The position numbers were made by a program, and so were the translations under genes. Source: Chiloscyllium plagiosum (taxonomy: Eukaryota). From it: a DNA stretch of 64,000 nt. Positions 25,870-37,055 of this stretch are shown in pieces. The stretch is taken from positions 14,890,572 through 14,954,571 of the forward strand of contig NC_057726.1 in the NCBI RefSeq assembly GCF_004010195.1, written 5' to 3'. The notes beneath the pieces were generated by a model. It was not told the DNA's origin. It ran no database searches and saw only the letters and a list, made by a program, of their open reading frames with translations. Numbering within the stretch: position 1 is the stretch's first letter; every line of letters starts with the position of its first letter.

Positions 25870-26764
25870 ATGCTTCCTTTTTCTTAATTAAAACCTCAAT
25901 TTCTCTAGTCATCCAGTATTCCCTTCACCTGCCAGGCGTTCCTTTCAACCTAACAGGAATATACTGTCTCTGGACTCTCTATCTCATTTTTGAAGGCTTC
26001 CCATTTTCCAGCTATTCTTTTACCTGCGAGCATCTGTCCCCCAATCAGCTTTTGAAAGTTCTTGATGGGATGGGCCAATGGGCTGAGAAGTGGCAGATGG
26101 GGGTTAATTTAGATAAATGCATTTTGGAAAAGCAAATCAGAGCAGGACTTATACACTTAATGGTAAGGTCCTGCAGAGTGTTGCTGAACAAAGAGACCTC
26201 GGAGTGCAGGTTCAGAGTTCCTTGCAAGTGGAGTCACAGGTCAATCGGATAGTGAAGAAAGTGTTTGGTATGCTTTCCTTTATTGGTCAGAGCACTGAGT
26301 ATAGGTGTAGGGAGGTCATGTTGCAGCTGTACAGGACATTGGTTAGGCCACTGTTGGAAAATTATATGCAATTCTGGTCTCCTTCCTATCGGAAAGATGT
26401 TGCGAAACTTGAAAGGGTCCAGAAAAGATACACAAGATGTTGCCAGGATTGGAGGATTTGAGCTATAGGGAGAGGCTGAATAGGTTGGGGCTGTTTCTCC
26501 TGGAACATCGGAGGCTGAGGGGTGACCTAATTGAGGTTTATAAAATCATGAGGGGCATGGATAGGATAAATAGACAAAGTCTTTTCCCTCAGGAGGCAAG
26601 TCCAGAACTAAAGGGCATAGATTTAGGGTGCAAGGGGAAACATTTAAAAGGGACCTAAGGTGCAACCTTTTCACACAGTGTGTATGGAATGAGCTACCAG
26701 AAGAAGTGGTGGAAGCTGGTACAATTTCAACCTTTAAAAGGCATCTGGATGGGTATATGAATAG
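25870..26764 (+). mobile_element. CR1 fragment: inverted upstream ORF2 piece (25870-26056, minus) joined to a + strand 3' part (26057-26764)
   Basis: Minus piece reads QELSKADWGQMLAGK..KWEAFKNEI..VQRQYIPV..WMTREIE. Plus piece reads HFGKANQSRTYTLNG..LYRTLVRPLLENYMQFWSPSYRKD. Confidence 0.8.
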
Positions 26765-26777
26765 CCATGGAGCCATG

Positions 26778-27257
26778 GAGATGTGCAGCACGGAAACAGA
26801 CCCTTCGGTCCAATCCGTCCATGCCGACCAGATATCCCAACCCAATCTAATCCCACCTGCCAGCACCCGGCCCACATCCCTCCAAATCCTTCCTATTCAT
26901 ATACCCATCCAAAATACCTTATAAATGTTGCAATTGTACTGGCCTCCACCACTTCCTCTGGCAGCTCATCCCATACACGTACCGCCCCTCAGCCTCTGAC
27001 ACTCCAGGGAAAACAGCACCAACCTCTGCAGCCTCTCCCTATAGCTCAAATCCTCCAACCCTGGCAATATACTTCTAACTGTCTGTAAAAGGTTTTTATT
27101 CAAGACTACCAAAGAGTATGATAGGAAGGGTTTGGGTGGATATGGGCCAAGTGCTGGCAAATGGGACTAGATTGAGTTGGGGTATCCGGTCCGCATGGAC
27201 GAGTTGGACGGAAGCGTCTGTTTCCATGCTGTACATCTCTGTGATTCTATGACTCTG
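26778..27257. mobile_element. Head-to-head CR1 3' fragments (26778-27075 minus; 27117-27257 plus)
   Basis: HER1-like 3' UTR on both strands; ILPGLEDLSYRERLQRL on the minus strand. Confidence 0.75.
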
Positions 27258-27785
27258 TGATAGGCTAGGTGTAGAAAAGATGTGGCAAGTTGAAAATTAA
27301 GAGTTATAGATGCAACATAGTTACTGATCACAACTTCAAACACAATTCAGGACAAGCCCCTTTACCCAGCAAAAAAGGATTTACTAGATAGGAATGAAGG
27401 ATTTCAGTTGTGTGGAAACACCAGGAAAACAGCAATTGTTCTCATCAGAGCAGAGAAGATTAAGAGGACATGGAATTCAGAATCGTAAACATTACAGTTT
27501 TGATCTCATTTTTATAAATATTTCTTGCACCTTCTCCGGACTTCTGTATGTTTGATCTCGAGGAGACCAAGACTGTACACTGTCTAATTTAGAACTTAGT
27601 CCTTCTCATCCCATGTGGTGCAATGGGCAGCAACATTATACTCAGTGGTGCCTGCTCACCTGAATCTCTTTGGCTGCAATCCAGGTGGCATTGCACTGTT
27701 GAAAGTGCCGCATAATTACGCTTCACTAGGATTTCTTTGACTGGCCTCCTGTTGTTTTTCCACCTGGCAGTACCCATTCTACTAG

Positions 27786-27975
27786 GCGAAAGTGAGGACT
27801 GCAGATGCTGGAGATCAGAGCCAAGGTTAGAGTGGTGCTGGAAAAGCACAGCAGGTCAGGCAGCATCCGAGGAGAAGGAAAATCGATGTTTCGGGCAAAA
27901 ACCTTCATTTCTGATTTTCCTGCTCCTCAGATGCTGCCTGACCTGCTGTGCTTCTCCAGCACCAATCTAATCTTA
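27786..27975. mobile_element. PLE family A mini-palindrome
   Basis: Tail gcgaaagtgaggactgcagatgctggagatc plus arm gtggtgctggaaaagcacagcaggtcaggcagcatc, inverted against gatgctgcctgacctgctgtgcttctccagcacc. Confidence 0.8.
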
Positions 27976-29034
27976 GCCCATTCTACAGCCAGTTCATCTC
28001 AGCAATCCCTCCATCACAATATCTTGTCATTGCCCCTGACCAGTCCTGTGGCAGACTTCTGCATTGTTGATATTCTCTCTCCAAGTCATCCCGCATAGGC
28101 AAGACGTCTGCCTTGCGGGATACATTTGCTGTTCAGGTCTTACAGACTATGGCTTGTGGCTGGTACTAGTGCAGAGGTGGAGAGTCACAGCATCATAACC
28201 ATGTTGGAAGGCAAGGGCTGGCTGGAGGGCCAATACTGCTTTGATGTCCGACATCAATCTCTGCATCACCCTCCCTGGGAATTTTGTCTCCTCGATGGAG
28301 GATGGGGTCTGCATCCTCAATATTGTGTTGTCCGTTGGTGATGGAGGTGTGGGAGGGGTGCCGTTTTGTCAATTAATTATCATTATCTTGGTCTTTCTCA
28401 GAGCTGATGCACAGTATCCAGCAATCTAAATCAATGCTGTGAAAGCATGTGTGTATTTGGGGGAAGCTGGTATATGAGGAAGAAATGATTAGAATAGTGT
28501 GCTGACTGGATTAAATGAAATAGGGTGGGAAAGAATCTCATGGGGAGCCTAAACACTGCTTAGGTGTAGATAAATTAAACTAAATGTGCCATTAAGTTCA
28601 GTGCAAATAGCTCCGTAAGTAGAACAGTGAGAACAGCTCTGATAAAAATGTTTTTAATAAATGTTCCATCAGTGTGTGCTAAGTTCAACCACCGGACCTT
28701 CTAGTGATCATGCTGAGTCAAGCAAACTAACAAAGCTATCTAATACTGCAGGTCTCTTCAAGTTTTAATTGAGTTGGGCTACTCTGCAGTAGTCATATTT
28801 GTAAGTGTTAAGAGATGACATTTTTGGCTTATGACAGCACGCAAATTCAATAGGTTAACTTTTTCACAGATGTAGGTTTTCCTTTGGCACAACATTTTGC
28901 AATCAATGTAGAAAAAAAACATGAAATAGAGTCTATTCAGCAGTACATTGCTGTCCATCAAACACCTTCAACCAGTTCAGTTTAGTGAACTCCCATAAAA
29001 CTGTTGCTTGGTTGCGCAGAGCTTGAACTTTGCT

Positions 29035-29390
29035 GAGAAAAAGTACTTTGTCAAAGCTTTTTATCTTACACTTGTCAGGACAATTCACAAGAATTCCAAC
29101 TTGGGGGGAGAAGCTTTGTTTGTAATGCATAAGTGGAGAGTGCTGATTGGCTGGCAGGTGGACTCTGACTGGCAGAGGGGTTACAAAGGAAAAGGTGTCA
29201 GTTAATGATGATTAACAATTACCTTTCAGGCTTTGTTTAAATTCTAAACCAAGCAGATTGACCCTGATTGGTCAATGTATTGAGAAATGAACCAGGAAAT
29301 ATCTATCACTTATTTTGTTAAGTTAAAACAAGTGCATTGTTGTATACATGTTTCTTTCTGTCTGAAGAGAGCTGCACTCTGTATATTAAT
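29035..29390 (-). mobile_element. Short repeat (family E) with a decayed hammerhead-like terminus; second copy at 33572-33800
   Basis: Reverse complement ttgtcctgacaagtgtaagataaaaagctttgacaa versus tgtcctgatgaatgcagaacaaaaagcttcaaca at ~33755-33788. The copies share ccaatcagcac and ccaatc motifs. Confidence 0.5.
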
Positions 29391-29460
29391 ATAGTAATTT
29401 TAAAATTCTCATCCTTCTGTTCAAATCCATCCATGGCCATATATCTCTCCCTATCTTATC

Positions 29461-29668
29461 AGGCAACTGTCTGTGTGGAGTTTGCACATTCTCCCTGTGT
29501 CTCCATGGGTTTCCTCCCACAATCCAAAGATGTGCAGGTCAGGTGAATTGGTCACGCTAAATTGCCCATAGTGTTAGGTGCATTAGTCAGAGGGAAATTG
29601 GTTTTCGGAGGGTCGCTATGGACTGGTTGGGCCGAAGGGCCTGTTTCCACACTGTAGGGAATCTAATC
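29461..29668 (+). mobile_element. HE1-type SINE, 5'-truncated
   Basis: V-domain plus the tail gaagggcctgtttccacactgtagggaatctaatc. Confidence 0.85.
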
Positions 29669-29908
29669 CCTCGAGTTCTCAATGATGCTCCATTTCCTTG
29701 AACATTACTGACTTTCCACCATGAGCCACTATTCCTTCATTTGTTTAAGTCCCAAATTCTGGAATTCTTTCTCTAACCTCTCTGCCTTCTTGCTTCTGTT
29801 TTAAGGTGCTGCTGTCCAAGAGTTAAATCATCTGTCATAATCCTTTATTACATGGTTTGCTGTCAGATTAAGTTTGATAAGCTCTCGTTTGCAGAAGAAG
29901 AGAAGATC

Positions 29909-30347
29909 TCTACAGTGTGGAAACAGGCCATTCAGCCCAACAAGTCCACACTGACCCTCCAAACACTATCCCACCCAGACTCATTCCCCCTATTCTATTA
30001 CTTCACATTTCCCCTGACTAATGCACCTATCCTACACAACCCTGAACACTACGGGCAATTTAACATGGCCAATTTATCTAACCTGCACGTCTTTGGATTG
30101 TGGGAGGAAACGTGAGCACTCGGAGGAAACCCATGCAGACACGGGGAGAATGTGCAACTCCACACAGACATAGAGATATACAGCATGGAAACAGATCCTT
30201 CAGTCCAATTCGTCCATGTCAACCAATTATCCTAAAGTAAGATAGTCCCATTTGCCAGCACTTGGCCCATATCCCTCTCAACCCTTCCTATTCATATATC
30301 CATCCAGATGCCTTTTAAATGTTGTAATTGTACCAGCCTCCACCACT
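29909..30347 (-). mobile_element. HE1-type SINE (29909-30169) adjoining a CR1 3' end (30170-30347)
   Basis: Reverse V-domain and tail, then a reverse HER1-like 3' UTR (cagcatggaaacaga..ccagcacttggcccatatccc). Confidence 0.8.
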
Positions 30348-30590
30348 TTGGTGAAGCACTTTGAGCTGTTCCACTTTGTTAAGGTGATATATAAATGGCA
30401 GTTGACCTGAATGTTACCCCTCCCCCCCAACCCAGTGGAAATTATCTTTGGTTACCAGCCTGATTTTGAGCCAACAGCTCATCCATCAAATGTAACAAAG
30501 CACAGAAAAGGAGTTTTGCCTCATGCCAGTATGATTGGGGGTGTGATGCAGCACCCCATGTCCGATGCCCAGCCGTTACTCGATGGAGTC

Positions 30591-30816
30591 GAAGAGTGTG
30601 GTGCTGGAAAAGCACAGCCGGTCAGGCAGCATGCGAGGAGCAGGAAAGTTGAAGTTTCAAGTATAAGCTCTTCATCAAGAATGGTTCCTGATGAAGAGCT
30701 TATGCTCAAAACGTCGACTCTTCTGCTCCTCAGATGATGCCTGACCTGCTGTGCTTTTCCAGCACCACACTCTCCGACTCTGGTCTCCAGCATCTGCAGT
30801 CCTCACTTTCTCCTCA
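30591..30816. mobile_element. PLE family A mini-palindrome with two back-to-back decayed hammerhead motifs
   Basis: tttcaagtataagctcttcatcaagaa / ttcctgatgaagagcttatgctcaaaacgtcga; tail tctccagcatctgcagtcctcactttctcc. Imperfect TSD ttactcgatggagtc (30576-30590) / ttatttgatggagtc (30817-30831). Confidence 0.8.
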
Positions 30817-30997
30817 TTATTTGATGGAGTCCATCTCCTGGGTTTTGTGAAATGATTTTATGCTCAGTAAAGATTCCATGCAGCATCCATTGATTGGGAT
30901 CTGCTTATCTCAATCAGGAAATCTTAATTGATATTATCTCCACAGATTCTCCACTTCTACTCACTTGAGTTGTCCCAGGGCTACCTTTACTGGTTTA

Positions 30998-33053
30998 TGA
31001 TTTGGAGACACTGGTGTTGGACTGGGGTGTACAAAGTTAAAAAATCACACAACATCATGCTATAGTCCAATAGGCTTATTTGGAAGCACTAGCTTTAGGA
31101 GCGCTGCTCCTTCATCAGATGGTTGTGCAGTATAAGATCGTTAAGACACAGAATTTACGGCAAAACTTTACAGTGTGATGTAACTGAAATTACATATTGA
31201 AAAAGACCTGGATTGTTTGTTGAGTCTCTCATCTTTTAGAATGACCATGTTGGTTTCAGTTCTTTCATATGTAAATCCCAGAACTTTTTCAAAAGTTACA
31301 TTCTCATGTGAACTTTAACAATTGGTGCCATGTCAGCCCAGATAATGCATTTAAGGTGTGAGCTGCTCTATGTGAGACTGTGCCACAATGGTCAGACCGA
31401 TTCTAATCTAAAAAAAAGATTTACATGAATTCATGCAGTTTTTGAGCAAAGTAAAATGCAATTCTGCAAGTACACATTCACCCCACAATCTGATATGTGT
31501 ATGTGTGCAAGGGGTGTGTGGGGGGTCAGGGTGGCAGGGGTTATAAGTGTCTGTGAGACAGTGTGTGTGTGTATGTGAGTGAGAGTGTAAAGGGTATAAG
31601 TCTGTGAGAGGGTTCGTGTGGGAGCATATGAGACAGGGTCTGCGTGAGTGTATGGGTCTGTAGGAGTGTGTGTGTGTATAGTGCAATGGGGTCATCTGTA
31701 ATGTGACATGAACCCATGGTCCCGGTTGAGGCCATCCCCCATAGATACTGAACTTGGCTATCAGCCTCTGCTCAGCCGGTGTTCATTGTTGCCTGTCCCG
31801 AAGTCCACCTTGGAGGACGGTCACCCGAAGGTCTGAGTTCGAATGTCCCAGACCGCTGAAGTGTTCTCCAATTGGGAGGGAACACTTCTGTCTGATTGTT
31901 GTGCGGTGTCCATTCATCTGTTGCTGTAGCTCTGTGTGGTCTCACCGATGTACCATGCCTGAGAGCATCCTTGCCTGCAGTGTATAAGATAGACAATATT
32001 GGTTGAGTTGCAAAAGTATCTGTCACGTACATGGTGGGAGGTGTCCCCATGTGTAATTGTGGTGTCCATGTCGACATTCTGACATGTCTTGCAGCGTCTA
32101 CTGTGACAAGGTTGTATGGTGTTCCCTCCCAGTCGGAGAACACTTCAGTGGTCCGGGACATTTGACCTCAGACCTTTGGGTGACCGTCCTCCAAGGCAGA
32201 CTTCGGGACAGGCAAAACGAAAAATGGCCAAGCAGAGGCTGATACCCATGGGGATGGCCTCAACCAGGACCTTGGGTTCATGTCACACTACAGGTGACCC
32301 CATTGCACTGTGCGCACACACACACACACACTCGCACACACATAGACACAGACACTCCTACACGCGCACACTCTTACACACACACGCATATTCCTTCAGG
32401 TACACAAACTCCTACAGATCCATACACTCACGTACACTCCCACACTCACACACACATCCCCTCTCACAGACTTATACCCCTTTACACTCAAACACATACA
32501 TACACTCTCTCATGGACACTCACAAGCCACCACCACCTCCCCACCCCCGAACACACACCCACATGCACACATACACATATCAATTTGTGGGGTAAATTTG
32601 TACTTGCAGAATTACATTTTACTTTGCTCAAAAAGTGTATGAATTCATGTAAGATTCTGTAAATCTGTTTTTTAGATTAGAATCAGTCTGACCATCGTGA
32701 CACAAGACAGTCTCACACAGAGCAGCTCACATCTTAAATGCATTACCTGGGCCGACATGACACCAATTGTTAAAGTTCACTTGAGAATGTAACTTTTAAA
32801 AAAGTTTTGCAATTTCCATATGAAAGAACTGAAACCAACATGGTCATTCTAAAAGATGAGAGACTTAACAAACAATCTAGCTCTTTTTCGCTATATAATT
32901 TCAATTGCACCACACTGTTAAGTTTTGCTGTAAATTCTGTGTCTTACGATCTTATACTTCACAACTACCTGATGAAGGAGCGGCGCTCCGAAAGCTAGTG
33001 CTTCCAAATAAACCTGTTGGACTATAACCTGGTGTTGTGGGATTTTTGACATT
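30998..33053. mobile_element. PLE family B (Neptune-like) 2-kb inverted insertion with two GIY-YIG 3' ends pointing outward
   Basis: Left arm (minus): QPCHSRRCKTCQNV..CNSTNIVYLIHCRQGCSQAWYIGET..MNGHR..CSLPIGEHFSG. Right arm (plus, from ~32117): CSLPVGEHFSGPGH..DLWVTVLQG..GLNQDLGFMSHY. Both have CA-rich UTRs. TSD tttactggttta (30986-30997) / tttactgattta (33054-33065). Confidence 0.88.
32966..33000 (+). ncRNA. Minimal type I hammerhead ribozyme motif (PLE family B)
   Basis: UAC-CUGAUGA-A-GGAGC(ggc)GCUCC-GAAA-GC-UA-GUG. Core intact, palindromic AGCU stem III. The mirror copy at 31087-31121 (-) has GAAA mutated to UAAA. Confidence 0.7.
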
Positions 33054-33065
33054 TTTACTGATTTA

Positions 33066-33445
33066 GAACAACAAAGAACAGTATAGATCAGAAACAGTCC
33101 TTTCGGCCCACCAAGACTGTACCACCATGTCATGCCTTTCTAAAAGAGTAACATTTTTGCCTCTACATGGCCCTTTTCACTCTATTCCCTGCCTATTCAT
33201 GTATTTGTCAAGATGCCTCTTAAACTTTGCTATTGTATCCACCTCCACCACTTCCTCTGGCAGCACATTCCAGGCACTTATCACCTTCTGTGTAAAAAAA
33301 AACTGCCTCTCACATCTCCTTTAAACTTTTTCCTTTTACCTTACACCTATGTCTCCTAGTAGTTGACATTTCTACTCTGGGAGAAAGACTCTCACTGTCT
33401 ATTCTATCCATACCTCTCATAATTTTGTAAACTTCTATCAGATCA
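33066..33445 (-). mobile_element. CR1 3' fragment
   Basis: DLIEVYKIMRGMDRIDSESLSPRVEMSTTRRHRCKVKG on the minus strand. Confidence 0.85.
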
Positions 33446-34499
33446 CGCCCCTCAGTTGACTTTACTAGCTGCTTGCTACTGCAAACTTTGCATATTGCTG
33501 AAAATAAGAGACATGCTGTTGATGCTTTTTGTCTGCACTCATCAGATTCAAGTACACCAAATCTCAAAGGGACTAGCAGTTTTATACTGTGTGAGAAACT
33601 GGTGTTGATTGGTGAACAAATTTGGTAGTTAACTGTTTCTGGTGCATTGAGGGAATGCCTCCACCAATCGAAATCCATTTATCAACCAATCAGCACCATC
33701 TTCTTGTGCCGTGTAAATTGTTACTTCCTTTGAGATGTGGTGTTCTTGTGATTCTGTCCTGATGAATGCAGAACAAAAAGCTTCAACAATATGCCTCTTT
33801 TTGTCAGCAATGCTATTAAAAGCAGTATTTCCTTTTATCTTTATCTGAAGTATCCATAGCTTCAGCCACAATATAAAGTACTTGAGTTTAGAACAGTGTG
33901 TAGGATGGAATGAATGCATCTTATTTTTGAAAACTCCAAAGCGTGAATTCCAATTTAATGCACCAACTGTGTGCTGAAACTGATAACACTCTCTTCATGT
34001 CCATGATTTATAAGAAAGAGGAACACTGCACAAACGCCGAAATTTCAACTAAGATCCAAGGTTGTTTGTGCACAATGTATCTTTCATTTATGAAATTCCA
34101 TGAATGCTAAATTAATATTCCAATATTAGAAAAAGGAAGGGGTGGGAGATGGCCTGCTGGAGGTCTTTAATATTCAGAAAGGTATGACAGTATAGACATA
34201 CAAGAGATGTATCCACTTGTGAGGAAGTCAAAAAGCAGAGGCCATTAATATTGGATCGTCACTAATGAATCCAAGAAGGAATTCAGGAGAAATGTCTCTC
34301 AACAAGGAACTGGTGAGAATCTTGAATTTGCTCCAATATGCAACACAAATACAGTAAAGTCTCAAAAAGTCAAATTACATGGGAATCCCTGCAGGGTTTG
34401 AACTGAGTAAAGCTTTGTTATATATGAGCTGGTCCTGAGGGGGCAGCCACACAACCTCACAACTGACAGCTGAGAAAGCGAATGGGGCAATGGCAGTAT

Positions 34500-35120
34500 T
34501 GAACTAACGTACAGACGTATAAGATAGGAGTAGAGGAGACCCTCGAGGCTGCTTCATTATTCATGTGAGTTTTGAATTTATATTCTGGAGTATCTTTGAT
34601 TCCCCTGCCCAACAAGAATCTATCCACCTCTGCATCAAAAATATCTAACGATCCCATCTCCTGGGTCTTCTGAAACAGAGAGTTCCGAAGTTGCAGTAGC
34701 CTCTGAGAGAGAAGAATTCCCCTTGTCTCTGTTCTAAAAGGGCAACCCTGATTTTAAAACAGTGCCTCATCATTTTGGGCTGACCGACACAAGGAAACGT
34801 CATACGCTCATCTTATCAAAAGTATTCAGGATCTAATAAACTTTCGACAAGGCATTCAGAGCTGCAGTGGAACAAGTCCGACCTAATCTAACTAAGACAA
34901 CCCCCTCCAGGTATCAATCTAATAAACATTCTCTGAACCCCTTCCAATGCATTAAACATCCTTCCTTAAATCCAAACTGCACACAGGATTCAAGATGTGG
35001 TCTCACTGATGCCTGATGTGACTGAAGCATCACATCCTTATTTTTGTGTTTGAAACCTGTCATGATAAAGGACAGCAGCTATTGGCCTTCTTGACTACTT
35101 TCTGTTCCTGCAGATCAGAG
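34500..35120 (-). mobile_element. Decayed CR1 fragment
   Basis: Minus-strand MGSLDIFDAEVDRFLLGRGIK; ccaaactgcacacaggattc (EYCVQFW-like). Confidence 0.65.
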
Positions 35121-36484
35121 GCTTCTATGACTCTTTCTGCCTTTTGGGCTGGTTGCAAGTTTAACACCAAAGGCAAAAAGATTTGAAGCATTTTCCAGCA
35201 AAACCCTTGTATATTCCCCAGTCACTTTCTCCACTGACTAAGTGTGAACGCTTAAGTGGCTAAACAAGGAAGCTGATCCAATATTGCCCCTTTCCAAAGT
35301 TAGCTAATTCAGAGTAACCTGTGCAAAGGTTCAGCTTAATCACAGACATTACTCAATGGGATTTGAAATTCCACTCTCAGGAATGACTGACAACTCAAAA
35401 TTCTGGTGGTGTTCAAGTTGTCTGACTTTGACATGTCACAATTTCATTGTCAATCAGATACATTTAATGGGAAGCTAGCTGAGCATGTGAGAGAGGAAGA
35501 ATAAAAGGATATCCAGATTGGGCAAAACAAAGCAGGTTGGGAGGAGACAATAAGTGGCCTGTTACCGTGCTGTAAAATTCCATTTAATGGTTTTCAAAGC
35601 TGAAGTCTTCTGTCAATGAATTGTTCCATCTCCTTCAGAATTGAAGCCTGAGTATTGTTTTGTCCACCACTAGAGCTTCTGTCAAATTGTGGCATTAAGG
35701 CAACATCTCACTCAGGAATTGTCACCATCTGTAATTTTACCCCCAGTAAATGTCTATTATATAATGAGGTATGATGTCTGCATTTCATGGACAGAAATAA
35801 ATGTGTCAGAGACTCTGCATAACTGTGTATAAAAAGTAAAAGTAAAACCAGTCAGCTTGTGTCAGACAGCCTCTCAGGAGAGAAATAGAGACAAAGTTTC
35901 AGGTGATCTCAGAGCTGGAGGATGATAGTGTTGAATAGTTTTTAAGCAAGTATGGAGTCAGGATAAAGCTGGATAGGGAAGCGACGGAAGGGAAAGGTCT
36001 GTGATAAAGTGATTAACTCATAAAAGTTATGATGATGCAGGTGATAATGCAACAGAAATTGAAACCTCAAGTAAGCATGTCACGAAACAGAAGCCTGATT
36101 TGTCAGTGAGAGCATTGTGTGTTAATACTATTTGACAGGCTGCTAACCCGTTGGCAAGATTAAAGCAACAGGCACTCTGATCAGTAAGAGTTTAGAAGCT
36201 GGTAATTAGACAGCTGTGCAGGAGAACAGAGGCACATTTGATAGTGTTTTGAAAGTATTAATGACTAAATGCCATTCTATAGGTAACAGCCTATAACACC
36301 TGATTATTTATGTTTGTACATTTTAAGCAGTCCATTGTGGCTTTTCAGGCCCTTGAAATGTAACTCCCTGAGAACAATCTAAATGAAGTTAGGCAATTGC
36401 ATCAATTTGAAAGTATTGTAAGATGGTGTAACATTCAAGGACATTGTGCTGTTATTTAGTCATAAACCAATGATTTAGTCATAA

Positions 36485-37055
36485 ACTGAAAGTGTTGTAG
36501 ATGCTGAAGATCAAAAATAAAAATAGAAATTGCAGGAAATGCTCAGCAGGTCTGGCAGCTCTGTGGAGAGAAAGCAGAGTTAACATTTTAGGTCCAGTGA
36601 CCCTCAGAGCTAATGGTAGCTAGGAAACAGTTGTTTTTGTACTGAAGAAAGGGTGGGGGGAAGGGGGGAGGAGTAAACAATAGGTGGGGATAGAGCCCAG
36701 AGAGATAGAAGAACAGTTGGACTGACGAAAGGAGTGGCTAACAGTCAGCCTAGGAGAATGGCTACTAATGGGGACTGTCAGTGGCTTACAATGTGTTGTG
36801 TGTAACAGCAGACCATATGATAACAAGGCCTGGAGTGTGGGGGTTGGGGTGAGGACATAGGAGGTGGTGTCTCAGGCCCTAAAATTGTTGAATTTGAAAT
36901 TGAGTCCAGAAGGCTGAACAGTTCCCAAGCGGAAAATGAGGTGCTGTTCTTCCAGCTTGCACTAAGCTTCACTGGAGCACTGCAACAAGCCTGAGGCAGA
37001 GATGTTGGCCAGGAAACACGGTGGGGCGTTGAAATGGCAGGCAACTGGAAGTTCA
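36485..37055 (-). mobile_element. PLE (family D terminus) with GIY-YIG C-terminal relic
   Basis: Minus strand reads ELPVACHFNAPPCFLANISASGLLQCSSEA*CKLEEQHLIFRLGTVQPSGLNFKFNNF, followed by UTR and terminus. Confidence 0.8.

Noticed and set aside
32116-32662. His/Thr-rich ORFs
   Set aside because: Translation of the CA-rich UTR of a PLE.
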